Assembly (NCBI GenBank): GCA_964016885.1 | Contig: OZ024740.1 | Span: 441,068,001 to 441,132,000 of the forward strand | Source of the DNA: Eledone cirrhosa | Taxonomy: Eukaryota | Direction of reading: 5' to 3' | Length of the DNA: 64,000 nucleotides | In this document: one piece after another, positions 52,385-63,700 of the stretch | Position numbering within the stretch: position 1 is the first letter of the stretch | How the letters are laid out: each line of letters starts with the position of its first letter | The notes under the pieces: model-generated | Database searches by the model: none | Seen by the model: only the letters and a program-made list of their open reading frames with translations | Told to the model about the DNA's origin: nothing | Program-made: the position numbers and the translations under genes

Positions 52385-54475
52385 TTACCGTACTTTTGGT
52401 AGAGGAGGGATGGTTTTTACATCCCTTTTCACTTGATCGTCTGGTGAAGGGACCGTTGAATCGTCCCTTCGGCTGGTCGTCGGCTCTTCTAAGAGAATGT
52501 CTGAGTATACTCTTCGATTGATGGTTCCTCCTAGGTCCCTGAAATCACCAACTGCGTTGGGGAATTTCGTTTTAATGTTTGTGTATTGTTTCTGTGCTAT
52601 TTTTAGCAGTCTTATGTTAGTTGGCGTTTTGATTGGTGCTGGTATTATGTAGTCCTGTTGTGAAATGTCTGTGTGTTCAATTATGTAAGTCATTAGTTTC
52701 TTGTTGTGTGTATTTATTGCCGTGCATTTGTTTTTCTGGGGGTGGGGTGTGGTTCTGCTATTTTCTTGTCGTTGTTGCTGGGTGTGTGTGTTTTGTTGTT
52801 GTGTTTGCGATGTTGGTGCTTGTGGTGTTGAAGGTGTTGTTGGCGGTGGGGTTGTCGCCGGTGGTGATGGTGGTGCTGGTGTGGGTGGTGATGGTGTTGG
52901 TGGTGTTGCTGCTGTGGGTCTCTTTGCAGTAGACTTTACCCTTTTCTCATTTCTTTCCTCCCTTTTCAAAGGCGACGATGCGCTGCTTCTGCGTTTGTGC
53001 CTTCTTGAGACCTTTTGCCATCCCTCTCCCACCTCACACTCCATGTCTGATTCTGTAAGGTCGGGGAGGGGTACCAGCTCCACTCTTTCACTTGTTGTTG
53101 TTGGTGATGTTTGCACTGGAGTCTCTGTTGCAGCTGCATTTGGTATTGCTGTTGTTGTTGTTAATATTTCCACTGCTGCTGCTGTCTTTGATTTCCGTGG
53201 AGTGGGTATGGGTGCCACGGACCTATCGTTCCTGGTTGCCGCTTGTCCTGTTGCTGGTAGCCGTGGAACCGGATTCGGGAGGAGGGGGGTTTTCTCCTTT
53301 CTCAGGGTCTTCTCGTTGCAGAAGGCCCTGAGGTGAGTCTTCGATCCACAGCGAAAGCATTTCGGGCGTTTGCCCTCAACACTTATGGGCAGTTGAGTGC
53401 CGTTATCGAAGTCTATCACATCCGGGATAGCTTCGATGCACTCCTGGTTGGTTTGGATTAGCATCTCAATGGAGGAGCCGACCCAATCTTCTCTTACTTT
53501 TTTCTGTACTTGCAGTACAGTTGTTTTGTCCTCGATTCCGACGAGGACAGACGCGGCCAGCCAAGAAGGGGTCATTCCGGGGGGGACGTGGGTCAGTTTG
53601 ACCCTCACAATTTTTTGCCCGCAGTAGGAGGGCACCAACACCATTTCCTCGCTCCTTAGGGTCACTACTGATTGGGCCTTTGCCTCCTGGGGTGTGGCAA
53701 AAAGTACGTCTACGGTGGCGTATTTTTTGCCTCGGGTGATGTGCGTTTTCCTCTGCCACACAGACCCCAAGGCTTTTTGTATTTGGGCCTCTGTGGCTCT
53801 TTCCACCCTACGGGATTTTGTACTTACTGTACGGTACGTGACCGTACAGTGCTCTTGGGTTTCGAAAAAATTTTTCGCTGCCTTGCAGATTGCTCGGTGT
53901 CCGTTCTTTGTCACCATCTTCTTCGCTTCCTCTAATTCCTCATTTGTTATGAGGATTGTTTCCAGGTTTTTCGCAATACCTGCAAATGAGATTGGTTTTT
54001 CTCTGCTGTTGTTGTTGTCGTCAGAGCTGCTGGTACTTTTGTTGTTGCTGCAGGTACTACGACTACTGCCTCCGCCGCTGTTGCTGTGGTTGTTGTTGGT
54101 GTTGCTGCTGCTAATGCTGTTGTTGTTTATGCTGCTGGTGATGCTGTTGCGGCTGCTACTGTTGTTTTCATTGTCACTGTTGCTGTTGTTATTACGGCTG
54201 CTACTGCTATTATTCCTGACGTCAGACGAATGAACTGGGTTTTCGTATTTCCCGCACACCTGTTTCGTCGCTGTCGTCGTCGTCGTGGAGAAACCTTGCA
54301 CGCTTTGCACGAGACTTTTCTTTTCTTTCGTCGCTTGCGAAAGAGAAGGTAGGGAGAGAGACACATTTAAAGAAGGGAGGGAGAGAGACAATCTTCTCTC
54401 TCCTGTAGTGATGATTGAGGAAGAAGAAGACGGAATGAGTGGGAGTGACGTATGAAATTTCTTTTTGGTAGCCAT
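52385..54475 (-). CDS. Unit 6 ORF1p (third variant)
   Basis: 2 aa shorter than unit 1 in the Pro-rich tract; CCHC knuckle. Confidence 0.9.
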   Translation of the reverse strand: MATKKKFHTSLPLIPSSSSSIITTGERRLSLSLPSLNVSLSLPSLSQATKEKKSLVQSVQGFSTTTTTATKQVCGKYENPVHSSDVRNNSSSSRNNNSNSDNENNSSSRNSITSSINNNSISSSNTNNNHSNSGGGSSRSTCSNNKSTSSSDDNNNSREKPISFAGIAKNLETILITNEELEEAKKMVTKNGHRAICKAAKNFFETQEHCTVTYRTVSTKSRRVERATEAQIQKALGSVWQRKTHITRGKKYATVDVLFATPQEAKAQSVVTLRSEEMVLVPSYCGQKIVRVKLTHVPPGMTPSWLAASVLVGIEDKTTVLQVQKKVREDWVGSSIEMLIQTNQECIEAIPDVIDFDNGTQLPISVEGKRPKCFRCGSKTHLRAFCNEKTLRKEKTPLLPNPVPRLPATGQAATRNDRSVAPIPTPRKSKTAAAVEILTTTTAIPNAAATETPVQTSPTTTSERVELVPLPDLTESDMECEVGEGWQKVSRRHKRRSSASSPLKREERNEKRVKSTAKRPTAATPPTPSPPTPAPPSPPATTPPPTTPSTPQAPTSQTQQQNTHTQQQRQENSRTTPHPQKNKCTAINTHNKKLMTYIIEHTDISQQDYIIPAPIKTPTNIRLLKIAQKQYTNIKTKFPNAVGDFRDLGGTINRRVYSDILLEEPTTSRRDDSTVPSPDDQVKRDVKTIPPLPKVR

Positions 54476-55001
54476 GTTTTTTTGTTTAAAATGAAATTTT
54501 GGGTACAAAACCCCAATAACTGGTTATTTAACCCCGAAGGGCCAAATAACGGACAGAAAGACCCCTCTCACGAGGAGGAGGGTGTCTTTATCAACAATTT
54601 GGTTCAAGTTTTAAACAATTTACAATTGTTTTAACGGTTAAAAATTACTATACCTTACAGAGCCGAGCCTCCGTCAACCATGGCATTCAATAATAATAAT
54701 AATAATAGCAATAATAATAATAACGACACCAACAATAATGATTTCTTTATTAACCACAAGGGTTTACATAAAGTAGACATTAAGGACAGTGCAGGACAAT
54801 GCAGGACGGTACAAATGGGCATTTCTGCGTGTAAAAAAACAAAAACAGAGGATGTAACAAAAATAACAATGAAAATAACAATGAAAAATTCCCCAATAGG
54901 GGGGAGACTTCGGAGGGACATTTGTGGAGAAAGCCCAGTAAAAAGCCACAATGACCCTGACCACCAAGGCAAGTGCCCTCTCCCAGTTTTCCACCTTTAG
55001 T

Positions 55002-58000
55002 TTACAGATATATACTCAGAGTCGGCCCATTCACTCGGGCCATTCTTGCTTCTCTCACCCATCTTTCAACAAAATGCTGGGAAGAGAGCACTTCCCTCTC
55101 TACTCTGATTTTCCTTTTCAAATGAAATTTGAAAAAGTCAATCAGAGCATCACCGAAGAGGTAAGTGCTCGTCTTCAGCCCTTTCAAACGTGTCCACCAT
55201 ACTATCTCTTTCGCCATGGCCACCAGACAGATAAAAACTGCCTGCCCTTCCCGGCTAAAGGAGGAGGGCGGGGCAATCCTCACGATGGACTCAGATGATA
55301 GCTGGATCCGTCCTAAACGCGACAGCAGGTGTTCGACATAAACCCACAAGTCAGCAATTTTCGGACACTGGACGAGTGCGTGCAGGACGGTTTCGTCGCC
55401 CTGCGCGCATCTCGGACATGCCCGGCTGACGGCACCTCCATGCCTGTAGAGTTTATCCCGAACTGGCAAGGCTCCTCGGTAGCACTGCCAGGCCAGAGAT
55501 TTCTGGAAGTTGTCCATAGGCCCTGGCCCGAAAGTTCTTCCGAAGAGATTGGCTAGTTGATTTTCGTCGACGCCTAGAGTTTCCCCAAGTACGTCGTCGC
55601 TCTTCCCCTCCACTAATCCTCTATAGAACGCCGAGGTGGAGTTTCCACCGATCACATTGCCCGATTGGTCGAGGGCTGTGAGCGCCTGAAGACATTCCAG
55701 TCTCCAGGCGCTCCCTCTCGGTCTTCGCTTGACCCAGGACTGCAGCTCCGTCAAGGAAACGAGCTGGGGAAAAACGCGTCTAGCAAACGGCGACCACACC
55801 TGATCACCGTCGAGGAAGAGGTGGAGATGTCGTAGCCTGAGCGCGTGCCTGCGCATCATCAGCCACGGCATGCCCAGCCCTCCACGTAGCGGGTGTTGAC
55901 AACAGATGGACCGCCTGACCATCGGAGCACGTCCCTTCCACAAAAAGCGAAAGAGCAAACGCTCCAGCGCAGTCAGGCGAGGCTTAGGACAAGGTACGAC
56001 GGTTAGGCGGTAGCAGATGACAGACGCGATGTACGCGTTAGCCACCTCCGCTCGACCTTTCAGGGATAGCTTCCTCTCCGCCCATTTCTGGGTGAGAGAA
56101 GCCACCCTGCTCGTCACCTCGTCCCAGTTTTTGTCCGTCTGGAGGTCCGGACCGAACCAGACCCCTAGCAATTTAACCGGTCCGTCCGTCCAGCGCCCGA
56201 CGACGCTGTTGGACGGCATGGACCTGCCTCTCCAGGTGCCGAGCTGCAGGCCCACTGACTTTTCCTGGTTGATCATTGCTCCTGTCACCGCTTCGTATTC
56301 TCTTAGTGTAGTGCCGATCGCCTCGATGTGTTTGGCGTTCGACACCACTACGGTGACATCGTCCGCATATGCTGACACGGATCTTCCGCATCCTAGTTCG
56401 CGCGGGACTCCCCTCAACGTCTCCAGTTTGTGCAGTAATGGCTCGAGAGTCAATACGTACAAGAGGGACGAGAGGGGACATCCTTGGCGGACCGAGCGCA
56501 TGATGTTGAACGGTTCCGACAGGTGACCGTTCACTCTCACCACAGAGCAGATGTCGCTGTGCATGGCAGCGATCCAGCCTCTGAAGACGGGCCCAAAGCC
56601 AGCCGCCCTCAGGACTGCCGCTAGGTAACGATGGTCGACCCTATCGAAAGCTTTCGACTGATCTAAATTGATCAAGGACCCACCCGTGCCAGGTTCCCTA
56701 GCTACCCTCTCTACGATGTATCGCATGAGGTGGAGGTTGTCGTGGATGGATCTGTCGGGAATGGCGCATGTCTGCGCCTCTCCCACCAGACCACCAACGA
56801 CAAGCGCCAACCTCTTTGCTAGCACCTTGGCCAAAATCTTAAACTCTGTGTTTAGCAGAGTTATGGGCCGGAAATTGTCTATGTTATCCCCCTTGTTCGG
56901 ATCCTTTCTCAGCAGTGCCACCGCTCCTCGGCTCACAGAACTGGGAATTCTCCCGTTCTGTTGCCAGTTGCAGTAGACGTCCGCCAAGAGGCCTCCGAAC
57001 AAGTCTGGCATCTGTACGTAAAGTTCATAGGGCAGACCATCCAAACCAGGCGATTTACCCCTTGTGCAGCCAGTCATTGCCTCCCTTACTTCAGCGGCTG
57101 TTATCGGCTTTTCGCAACACCTCGCCTCAGTGGCCGAGAGCCGCGGCAGTCCGTCGAGGTAGACACTAAAGTCCATCCCTCTACCCGGCCCCCCGCTGCC
57201 CCCGAACAGCTGAGCGAAGTGTTGCTGAAAAGCTTCACACATTTGCCCGGGATCGAGTAGCATGCGCCCGTCGTGGTCCACCAAAGACCGGATCGTGGCT
57301 TTGTTGCCACGACGCGCCTCCGCCACTCGGGCCCATTGAACGGCTTTCGTCCCCTCGTGTCTGAGAGCACGCACCTTAGCTCTGACAACGCAGCCTTCGT
57401 GCTTTGCATTGAAGAATTGGTCAAGGGCCAATTTCGCCGCAAGCACGTCGGTCTCAATGCCTTTGCTAAGCGCCTCGTCTAATTTTCTAACTAGTTCTCC
57501 CTCTGCTCTATTTTTCTCTATTGCTAAAGCCTTACTAAACCTAATCGATTCTATTCTAATCGCTCTTTTCAGAGCAAACCACCACTTGTTGTTGACGATG
57601 GCCCCCGTCAACGCCCGCTTAACTAGTTCGCTAATCCGGTCTCTGTAGGCCTTGCGCGCTGGTAAGGACGCGTTTAGCTTCCAGTAGCCGGGTCCTCGTC
57701 TATGAAGCCTATCTAAGTCAAGCACACAGATCACAAATTTGTGGTCCGTGTAGCTGACTATCTTGAATTGTGGACAGCCTATGCTAGACCTATCTATTTC
57801 CCTACAAAATACTCTATCTAGATATGATCTGGATGACCCTATGCGGTTTGTCCAAGTCCACATTGGCACATTCGGGAAATCCAATCGGTACCTGTCAGAC
57901 AGTTCAAAACGCCTGAGCAGGTTGGTGAGGCTCTTGCACCCTCCACCCCTATCCGCTAATCCCACACAGTCCCAGCGTGCATCTAAGATCCCGTTCCAGT

Positions 58001-58421
58001 CGCCCACTAACACTAAAGAGCGGGACGTTCCAAGAAAGGTCTCCAGACGCCGGAAGAAATCAGGCCGCCCTGCTCCTGTCGGGGCATAGACGGCCACTAG
58101 CCTGAAAGCTTGCCCGTCTCCGCTGGTCACGTCCAGCACCACCAGCTTACCCTCTGGGTCCAGGAAGATGGCCCGTATGGCGAGATCCAAACCTCTCCGA
58201 AAAAGCACAGCAACTCCTCCACCCGATCCAGGACGGCTGGGAGATGCGTACACATCGTAGCCGCCGAAGATCGGTACGAAGGCCCGTGCTTCGGAGATTC
58301 TGGTCTCGCTGATGGCCACTACATCTATGTTTAGTGACCTGAGGTCGTTGAGCAGGTGACCCTGCTTCCATGACGACCCCAAGCCACGCGCATTTATGCT
58401 GCCTATTCTGAGTGAGGTCAT
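55002..58421 (-). CDS. Unit 7 ORF2p APE-RT-ZnF (1139 aa)
   Basis: All EN and RT motifs intact. Confidence 0.95.
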   Translation of the reverse strand: MTSLRIGSINARGLGSSWKQGHLLNDLRSLNIDVVAISETRISEARAFVPIFGGYDVYASPSRPGSGGGVAVLFRRGLDLAIRAIFLDPEGKLVVLDVTSGDGQAFRLVAVYAPTGAGRPDFFRRLETFLGTSRSLVLVGDWNGILDARWDCVGLADRGGGCKSLTNLLRRFELSDRYRLDFPNVPMWTWTNRIGSSRSYLDRVFCREIDRSSIGCPQFKIVSYTDHKFVICVLDLDRLHRRGPGYWKLNASLPARKAYRDRISELVKRALTGAIVNNKWWFALKRAIRIESIRFSKALAIEKNRAEGELVRKLDEALSKGIETDVLAAKLALDQFFNAKHEGCVVRAKVRALRHEGTKAVQWARVAEARRGNKATIRSLVDHDGRMLLDPGQMCEAFQQHFAQLFGGSGGPGRGMDFSVYLDGLPRLSATEARCCEKPITAAEVREAMTGCTRGKSPGLDGLPYELYVQMPDLFGGLLADVYCNWQQNGRIPSSVSRGAVALLRKDPNKGDNIDNFRPITLLNTEFKILAKVLAKRLALVVGGLVGEAQTCAIPDRSIHDNLHLMRYIVERVAREPGTGGSLINLDQSKAFDRVDHRYLAAVLRAAGFGPVFRGWIAAMHSDICSVVRVNGHLSEPFNIMRSVRQGCPLSSLLYVLTLEPLLHKLETLRGVPRELGCGRSVSAYADDVTVVVSNAKHIEAIGTTLREYEAVTGAMINQEKSVGLQLGTWRGRSMPSNSVVGRWTDGPVKLLGVWFGPDLQTDKNWDEVTSRVASLTQKWAERKLSLKGRAEVANAYIASVICYRLTVVPCPKPRLTALERLLFRFLWKGRAPMVRRSICCQHPLRGGLGMPWLMMRRHALRLRHLHLFLDGDQVWSPFARRVFPQLVSLTELQSWVKRRPRGSAWRLECLQALTALDQSGNVIGGNSTSAFYRGLVEGKSDDVLGETLGVDENQLANLFGRTFGPGPMDNFQKSLAWQCYRGALPVRDKLYRHGGAVSRACPRCAQGDETVLHALVQCPKIADLWVYVEHLLSRLGRIQLSSESIVRIAPPSSFSREGQAVFICLVAMAKEIVWWTRLKGLKTSTYLFGDALIDFFKFHLKRKIRVEREVLSSQHFVERWVREARMARVNGPTLSIYL

Positions 58422-58456
58422 GTTTAAAATAGAGTGGAAAAGATGGGAAAGACCAC

Positions 58457-60547
58457 TTACCGTACTTTTGGTAGAGGAGGGATGGTTTTTACATCCCTTT
58501 TCACTTGATCGTCTGGTGAAGGGACCGTTGAATCGTCCCTTCGGCTGGTCGTCGGCTCTTCTAAGAGAATGTCTGAGTATACTCTTCGATTGATGGTTCC
58601 TCCTAGGTCCCTGAAATCACCAACTGCGTTGGGGAATTTCGTTTTAATGTTTGTGTATTGTTTCTGTGCTATTTTTAGCAGTCTTATGTTAGTTGGCGTT
58701 TTGATTGGTGCTGGTATTATGTAGTCCTGTTGTGAAATGTCTGTGTGTTCAATTATGTAAGTCATTAGTTTCTTGTTGTGTGTATTTATTGCCGTGCATT
58801 TGTTTTTCTGGGGGTGGGGTGTGGTTCTGCTATTTTCTTGTCGTTGTTGCTGGGTGTGTGTGTTTTGTTGTTGTGTTTGCGATGTTGGTGCTTGTGGTGT
58901 TGAAGGTGTTGTTGGCGGTGGGGTTGTCGCCGGTGGTGATGGTGGTGCTGGTGTGGGTGGTGATGGTGTTGGTGGTGTTGCTGCTGTGGGTCTCTTTGCA
59001 GTAGACTTTACCCTTTTCTCATTTCTTTCCTCCCTTTTCAAAGGCGACGATGCGCTGCTTCTGCGTTTGTGCCTTCTTGAGACCTTTTGCCATCCCTCTC
59101 CCACCTCACACTCCATGTCTGATTCTGTAAGGTCGGGGAGGGGTACCAGCTCCACTCTTTCACTTGTTGTTGTTGGTGATGTTTGCACTGGAGTCTCTGT
59201 TGCAGCTGCATTTGGTATTGCTGTTGTTGTTGTTAATATTTCCACTGCTGCTGCTGTCTTTGATTTCCGTGGAGTGGGTATGGGTGCCACGGACCTATCG
59301 TTCCTGGTTGCCGCTTGTCCTGTTGCTGGTAGCCGTGGAACCGGATTCGGGAGGAGGGGGGTTTTCTCCTTTCTCAGGGTCTTCTCGTTGCAGAAGGCCC
59401 TGAGGTGAGTCTTCGATCCACAGCGAAAGCATTTCGGGCGTTTGCCCTCAACACTTATGGGCAGTTGAGTGCCGTTATCGAAGTCTATCACATCCGGGAT
59501 AGCTTCGATGCACTCCTGGTTGGTTTGGATTAGCATCTCAATGGAGGAGCCGACCCAATCTTCTCTTACTTTTTTCTGTACTTGCAGTACAGTTGTTTTG
59601 TCCTCGATTCCGACGAGGACAGACGCGGCCAGCCAAGAAGGGGTCATTCCGGGGGGGACGTGGGTCAGTTTGACCCTCACAATTTTTTGCCCGCAGTAGG
59701 AGGGCACCAACACCATTTCCTCGCTCCTTAGGGTCACTACTGATTGGGCCTTTGCCTCCTGGGGTGTGGCAAAAAGTACGTCTACGGTGGCGTATTTTTT
59801 GCCTCGGGTGATGTGCGTTTTCCTCTGCCACACAGACCCCAAGGCTTTTTGTATTTGGGCCTCTGTGGCTCTTTCCACCCTACGGGATTTTGTACTTACT
59901 GTACGGTACGTGACCGTACAGTGCTCTTGGGTTTCGAAAAAATTTTTCGCTGCCTTGCAGATTGCTCGGTGTCCGTTCTTTGTCACCATCTTCTTCGCTT
60001 CCTCTAATTCCTCATTTGTTATGAGGATTGTTTCCAGGTTTTTCGCAATACCTGCAAATGAGATTGGTTTTTCTCTGCTGTTGTTGTTGTCGTCAGAGCT
60101 GCTGGTACTTTTGTTGTTGCTGCAGGTACTACGACTACTGCCTCCGCCGCTGTTGCTGTGGTTGTTGTTGGTGTTGCTGCTGCTAATGCTGTTGTTGTTT
60201 ATGCTGCTGGTGATGCTGTTGCGGCTGCTACTGTTGTTTTCATTGTCACTGTTGCTGTTGTTATTACGGCTGCTACTGCTATTATTCCTGACGTCAGACG
60301 AATGAACTGGGTTTTCGTATTTCCCGCACACCTGTTTCGTCGCTGTCGTCGTCGTCGTGGAGAAACCTTGCACGCTTTGCACGAGACTTTTCTTTTCTTT
60401 CGTCGCTTGCGAAAGAGAAGGTAGGGAGAGAGACACATTTAAAGAAGGGAGGGAGAGAGACAATCTTCTCTCTCCTGTAGTGATGATTGAGGAAGAAGAA
60501 GACGGAATGAGTGGGAGTGACGTATGAAATTTCTTTTTGGTAGCCAT
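58457..60547 (-). CDS. Unit 7 ORF1p (third variant)
   Basis: Protein appears identical to unit 6 ORF1. Confidence 0.9.
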   Translation of the reverse strand: MATKKKFHTSLPLIPSSSSSIITTGERRLSLSLPSLNVSLSLPSLSQATKEKKSLVQSVQGFSTTTTTATKQVCGKYENPVHSSDVRNNSSSSRNNNSNSDNENNSSSRNSITSSINNNSISSSNTNNNHSNSGGGSSRSTCSNNKSTSSSDDNNNSREKPISFAGIAKNLETILITNEELEEAKKMVTKNGHRAICKAAKNFFETQEHCTVTYRTVSTKSRRVERATEAQIQKALGSVWQRKTHITRGKKYATVDVLFATPQEAKAQSVVTLRSEEMVLVPSYCGQKIVRVKLTHVPPGMTPSWLAASVLVGIEDKTTVLQVQKKVREDWVGSSIEMLIQTNQECIEAIPDVIDFDNGTQLPISVEGKRPKCFRCGSKTHLRAFCNEKTLRKEKTPLLPNPVPRLPATGQAATRNDRSVAPIPTPRKSKTAAAVEILTTTTAIPNAAATETPVQTSPTTTSERVELVPLPDLTESDMECEVGEGWQKVSRRHKRRSSASSPLKREERNEKRVKSTAKRPTAATPPTPSPPTPAPPSPPATTPPPTTPSTPQAPTSQTQQQNTHTQQQRQENSRTTPHPQKNKCTAINTHNKKLMTYIIEHTDISQQDYIIPAPIKTPTNIRLLKIAQKQYTNIKTKFPNAVGDFRDLGGTINRRVYSDILLEEPTTSRRDDSTVPSPDDQVKRDVKTIPPLPKVR

Positions 60548-60760
60548 GTTTTTTTGTTTAAAATGAAATTTTGGGTACAAAACCCCAATAACTGGTTATT
60601 TAACCCCGAAGGGCCAAATAACGGACAGAAAGACCCCTCTCACGAGGAGGAGGGTGTCTTTATCAACAATTTGGTTCAAGTTTTAAACAATTTACAATTG
60701 TTTTAACGGTTAAAAATTACTATACCTTACAGAGCCGAGCCTCCGTCAACCATGGCATTC

Positions 60761-63700
60761 AATAATAATAATAATAATAGCAATAATAATAATAACGACA
60801 CCAACAATAATGATTTCTTTATTAACCACAAGGGTTTACATAAAGTAGACATTAAGGACAGTGCAGGACAATGCAGGACGGTACAAATGGGCATTTCTGC
60901 GTGTAAAAAAACAAAAACAGAGGATGTAACAAAAATAACAATGAAAATAACAATGAAAAATTCCCCAATAGGGGGGAGACTTCGGAGGGACATTTGTGGA
61001 GAAAGCCCAGTAAAAAGCCACAATGACCCTGACCACCAAGGCAAGTGCCCTCTCCCAGTTTTCCACCTTTAGTTTACAGATATATACTCAGAGTCGGCCC
61101 ATTCACTCGGGCCATTCTTGCTTCTCTCACCCATCTTTCAACAAAATGCTGGGAAGAGAGCACTTCCTTCTCTACTCTGATTTTCCTTTTCAAATGAAAT
61201 TTGAAAAAGTCAATCAGAGCATCACCGAAGAGGTAAGTGCTCGTCTTCAGCCCTTTCAAACGTGTCCACCATACTATCTCTTTCGCCATGGCCACCAGAC
61301 AGATAAAAACTGCCTGCCCTTCCCGGCTAAAGGAGGAGGGCGGGGCAATCCTCACGATAGACTCAGATGATAGCTGGATCCGTCCTAAACGCGACAGCAG
61401 GTGTTCGACATAAACCCACAAGTCAGCAATTTTCGGACACTGGACGAGTGCGTGCAGGACGGTTTCGTCGCCCTGCGCGCATCTCGGACATGCCCGGCTG
61501 ACGGCACCTCCATGCCTGTAGAGTTTATCCCGAACTGGCAAGGCTCCTCGGTAGCACTGCCAGGCCAGAGATTTCTGGAAGTTGTCCATAGGCCCCGGCC
61601 CGAAAGTTCTTCCGAAGAGATTGGCTAGTTGATTTTCGTCGACGCCTAGAGTTTCCCCAAGTACGTCGTCGCTCTTCCCCTCCACTAATCCTCTATAGAA
61701 CGCCGAGGTGGAGTTTCCACCGATCACATTGCCCGATTGGTCGAGGGCTGTGAGCGCCTGAAGACATTCCAGTCTCCAGGCGCTCCCTCTCGGTCTTCGC
61801 TTGACCCAGGACTGCAGCTCCGTCAAGGAAACGAGCTGGGGAAAAACGCGTCTAGCAAACGGCGACCACACCTGATCACCGTCGAGGAAGAGGTGGAGAT
61901 GTCGTAGCCTGAGCGCGTGCCTGCGCATCATCAGCCACGGCATGCCCAGCCCTCCACGTAGCGGGTGTTGACAACAGATGGACCGCCTGACCATCGGAGC
62001 ACGTCCCTTCCACAAAAAGCGAAAGAGCAAACGCTCCAGCGCAGTCAGGCGAGGCTTAGGACAAGGTACGACGGTTAGGCGGTAGCAGATGACAGACGCG
62101 ATGTACGCGTTAGCCACCTCCGCTCGACCTTTCAGGGATAGCTTCCTCTCCGCCCATTTCTGGGTGAGAGAAGCCACCCTGCTCGTCACCTCGTCCCAGT
62201 TTTTGTCCGTCTGGAGGTCCGGACCGAACCAGACCCCTAGCAATTTAACCGGTCCGTCCGTCCAGCGCCCGACGACGCTGTTGGACGGCATGGACCTGCC
62301 TCTCCAGGTGCCGAGCTGCAGGCCCACTGACTTTTCCTGGTTGATCATTGCTCCTGTCACCGCTTCGTATTCTCTTAGTGTAGTGCCGATCGCCTCGATG
62401 TGTTTGGCGTTCGACACCACTACGGTGACATCGTCCGCATATGCTGACACGGATCTTCCGCATCCTAGTTCGCGCGGGACTCCCCTCAACGTCTCCAGTT
62501 TGTGCAGTAATGGCTCGAGAGTCAATACGTACAAGAGGGACGAGAGGGGACATCCTTGGCGGACCGAGCGCATGATGTTGAACGGTTCCGACAGGTGACC
62601 GTTCACTCTCACCACAGAGCAGATGTCGCTGTGCATGGCAGCGATCCAGCCTCTGAAGACGGGCCCAAAGCCAGCCGCCCTCAGGACTGCCGCTAGGTAA
62701 CGATGGTCGACCCTATCGAAAGCTTTCGACTGATCTAAATTGATCAAGGACCCACCCGTGCCAGGTTCCCTAGCTACCCTCTCTACGATGTATCGCATGA
62801 GGTGGAGGTTGTCGTGGATGGATCTGTCGGGAATGGCGCATGTCTGCGCCTCTCCCACCAGACCACCAACGACAAGCGCCAACCTCTTTGCTAGCACCTT
62901 GGCCAAAATCTTAAACTCTGTGTTTAGCAGAGTTATGGGCCGGAAATTGTCTATGTTATCCCCCTTGTTCGGATCCTTTCTCAGCAGTGCCACCGCTCCT
63001 CGGCTCACAGAACTGGGAATTCTCCCGTTCTGTTGCCAGTTGCAGTAGACGTCCGCCAAGAGGCCTCCGAACAAGTCTGGCATCTGTACGTAAAGTTCAT
63101 AGGGCAGACCATCCAAACCAGGCGATTTGCCCCTTGTGCAGCCAGTCATCGCCTCCCTTACTTCAGCGGCTGTTATCGGCTTTTCGCAACACTTCGCCTC
63201 AGTGGCCGAGAGCCGCGGCAGTCCGTCGAGGTAGACACTAAAGTCCATCCCTCTACCCGGCCCCCCGCTGCCCCCGAACAGCTGAGCGAAGTGTTGCTGA
63301 AAAGCTTCACACATTTGCTCGGGATCGAGTAGCATGCGCCCGTCGTGGTCCACCAAAGACCGGATCGTGGCTTTGTTGCCGCGACGCGCCTCCGCCACTC
63401 GGGCCCATTGAACGGCTTTCGTCCCCTCGTGTCTGAGAGCACGCACCCTAGCTCTGACAACGCAGCCTTCGTGCTTTGCATTGAAGAATTGGTCAAGGGC
63501 CAATTTCGCCGCAAGCACGTCGGTCGCAATGCCTTTGCTAAGCGCCTCGTCTAATTTTCTAACTAGTTCTCCCTCTGCTCTATTTTTCTCTATTGCTAAA
63601 GCCTTACTAAACCTAATCGATTCTATTCTAATCGCTCTTTTCAGAGCAAACCACCACTTGTTGTTGACGATGGCCCCCGTCAACGCCCGCTTAACTAGTT

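Larger units (their letters stand above)
48616..54688 (-). mobile_element. Tx1-like LINE unit 6
   Basis: Full-length copy, 6073 bp. Confidence 0.95.
54689..60760 (-). mobile_element. Tx1-like LINE unit 7
   Basis: Full-length copy, 6072 bp, nearly identical to unit 6. Confidence 0.95.
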
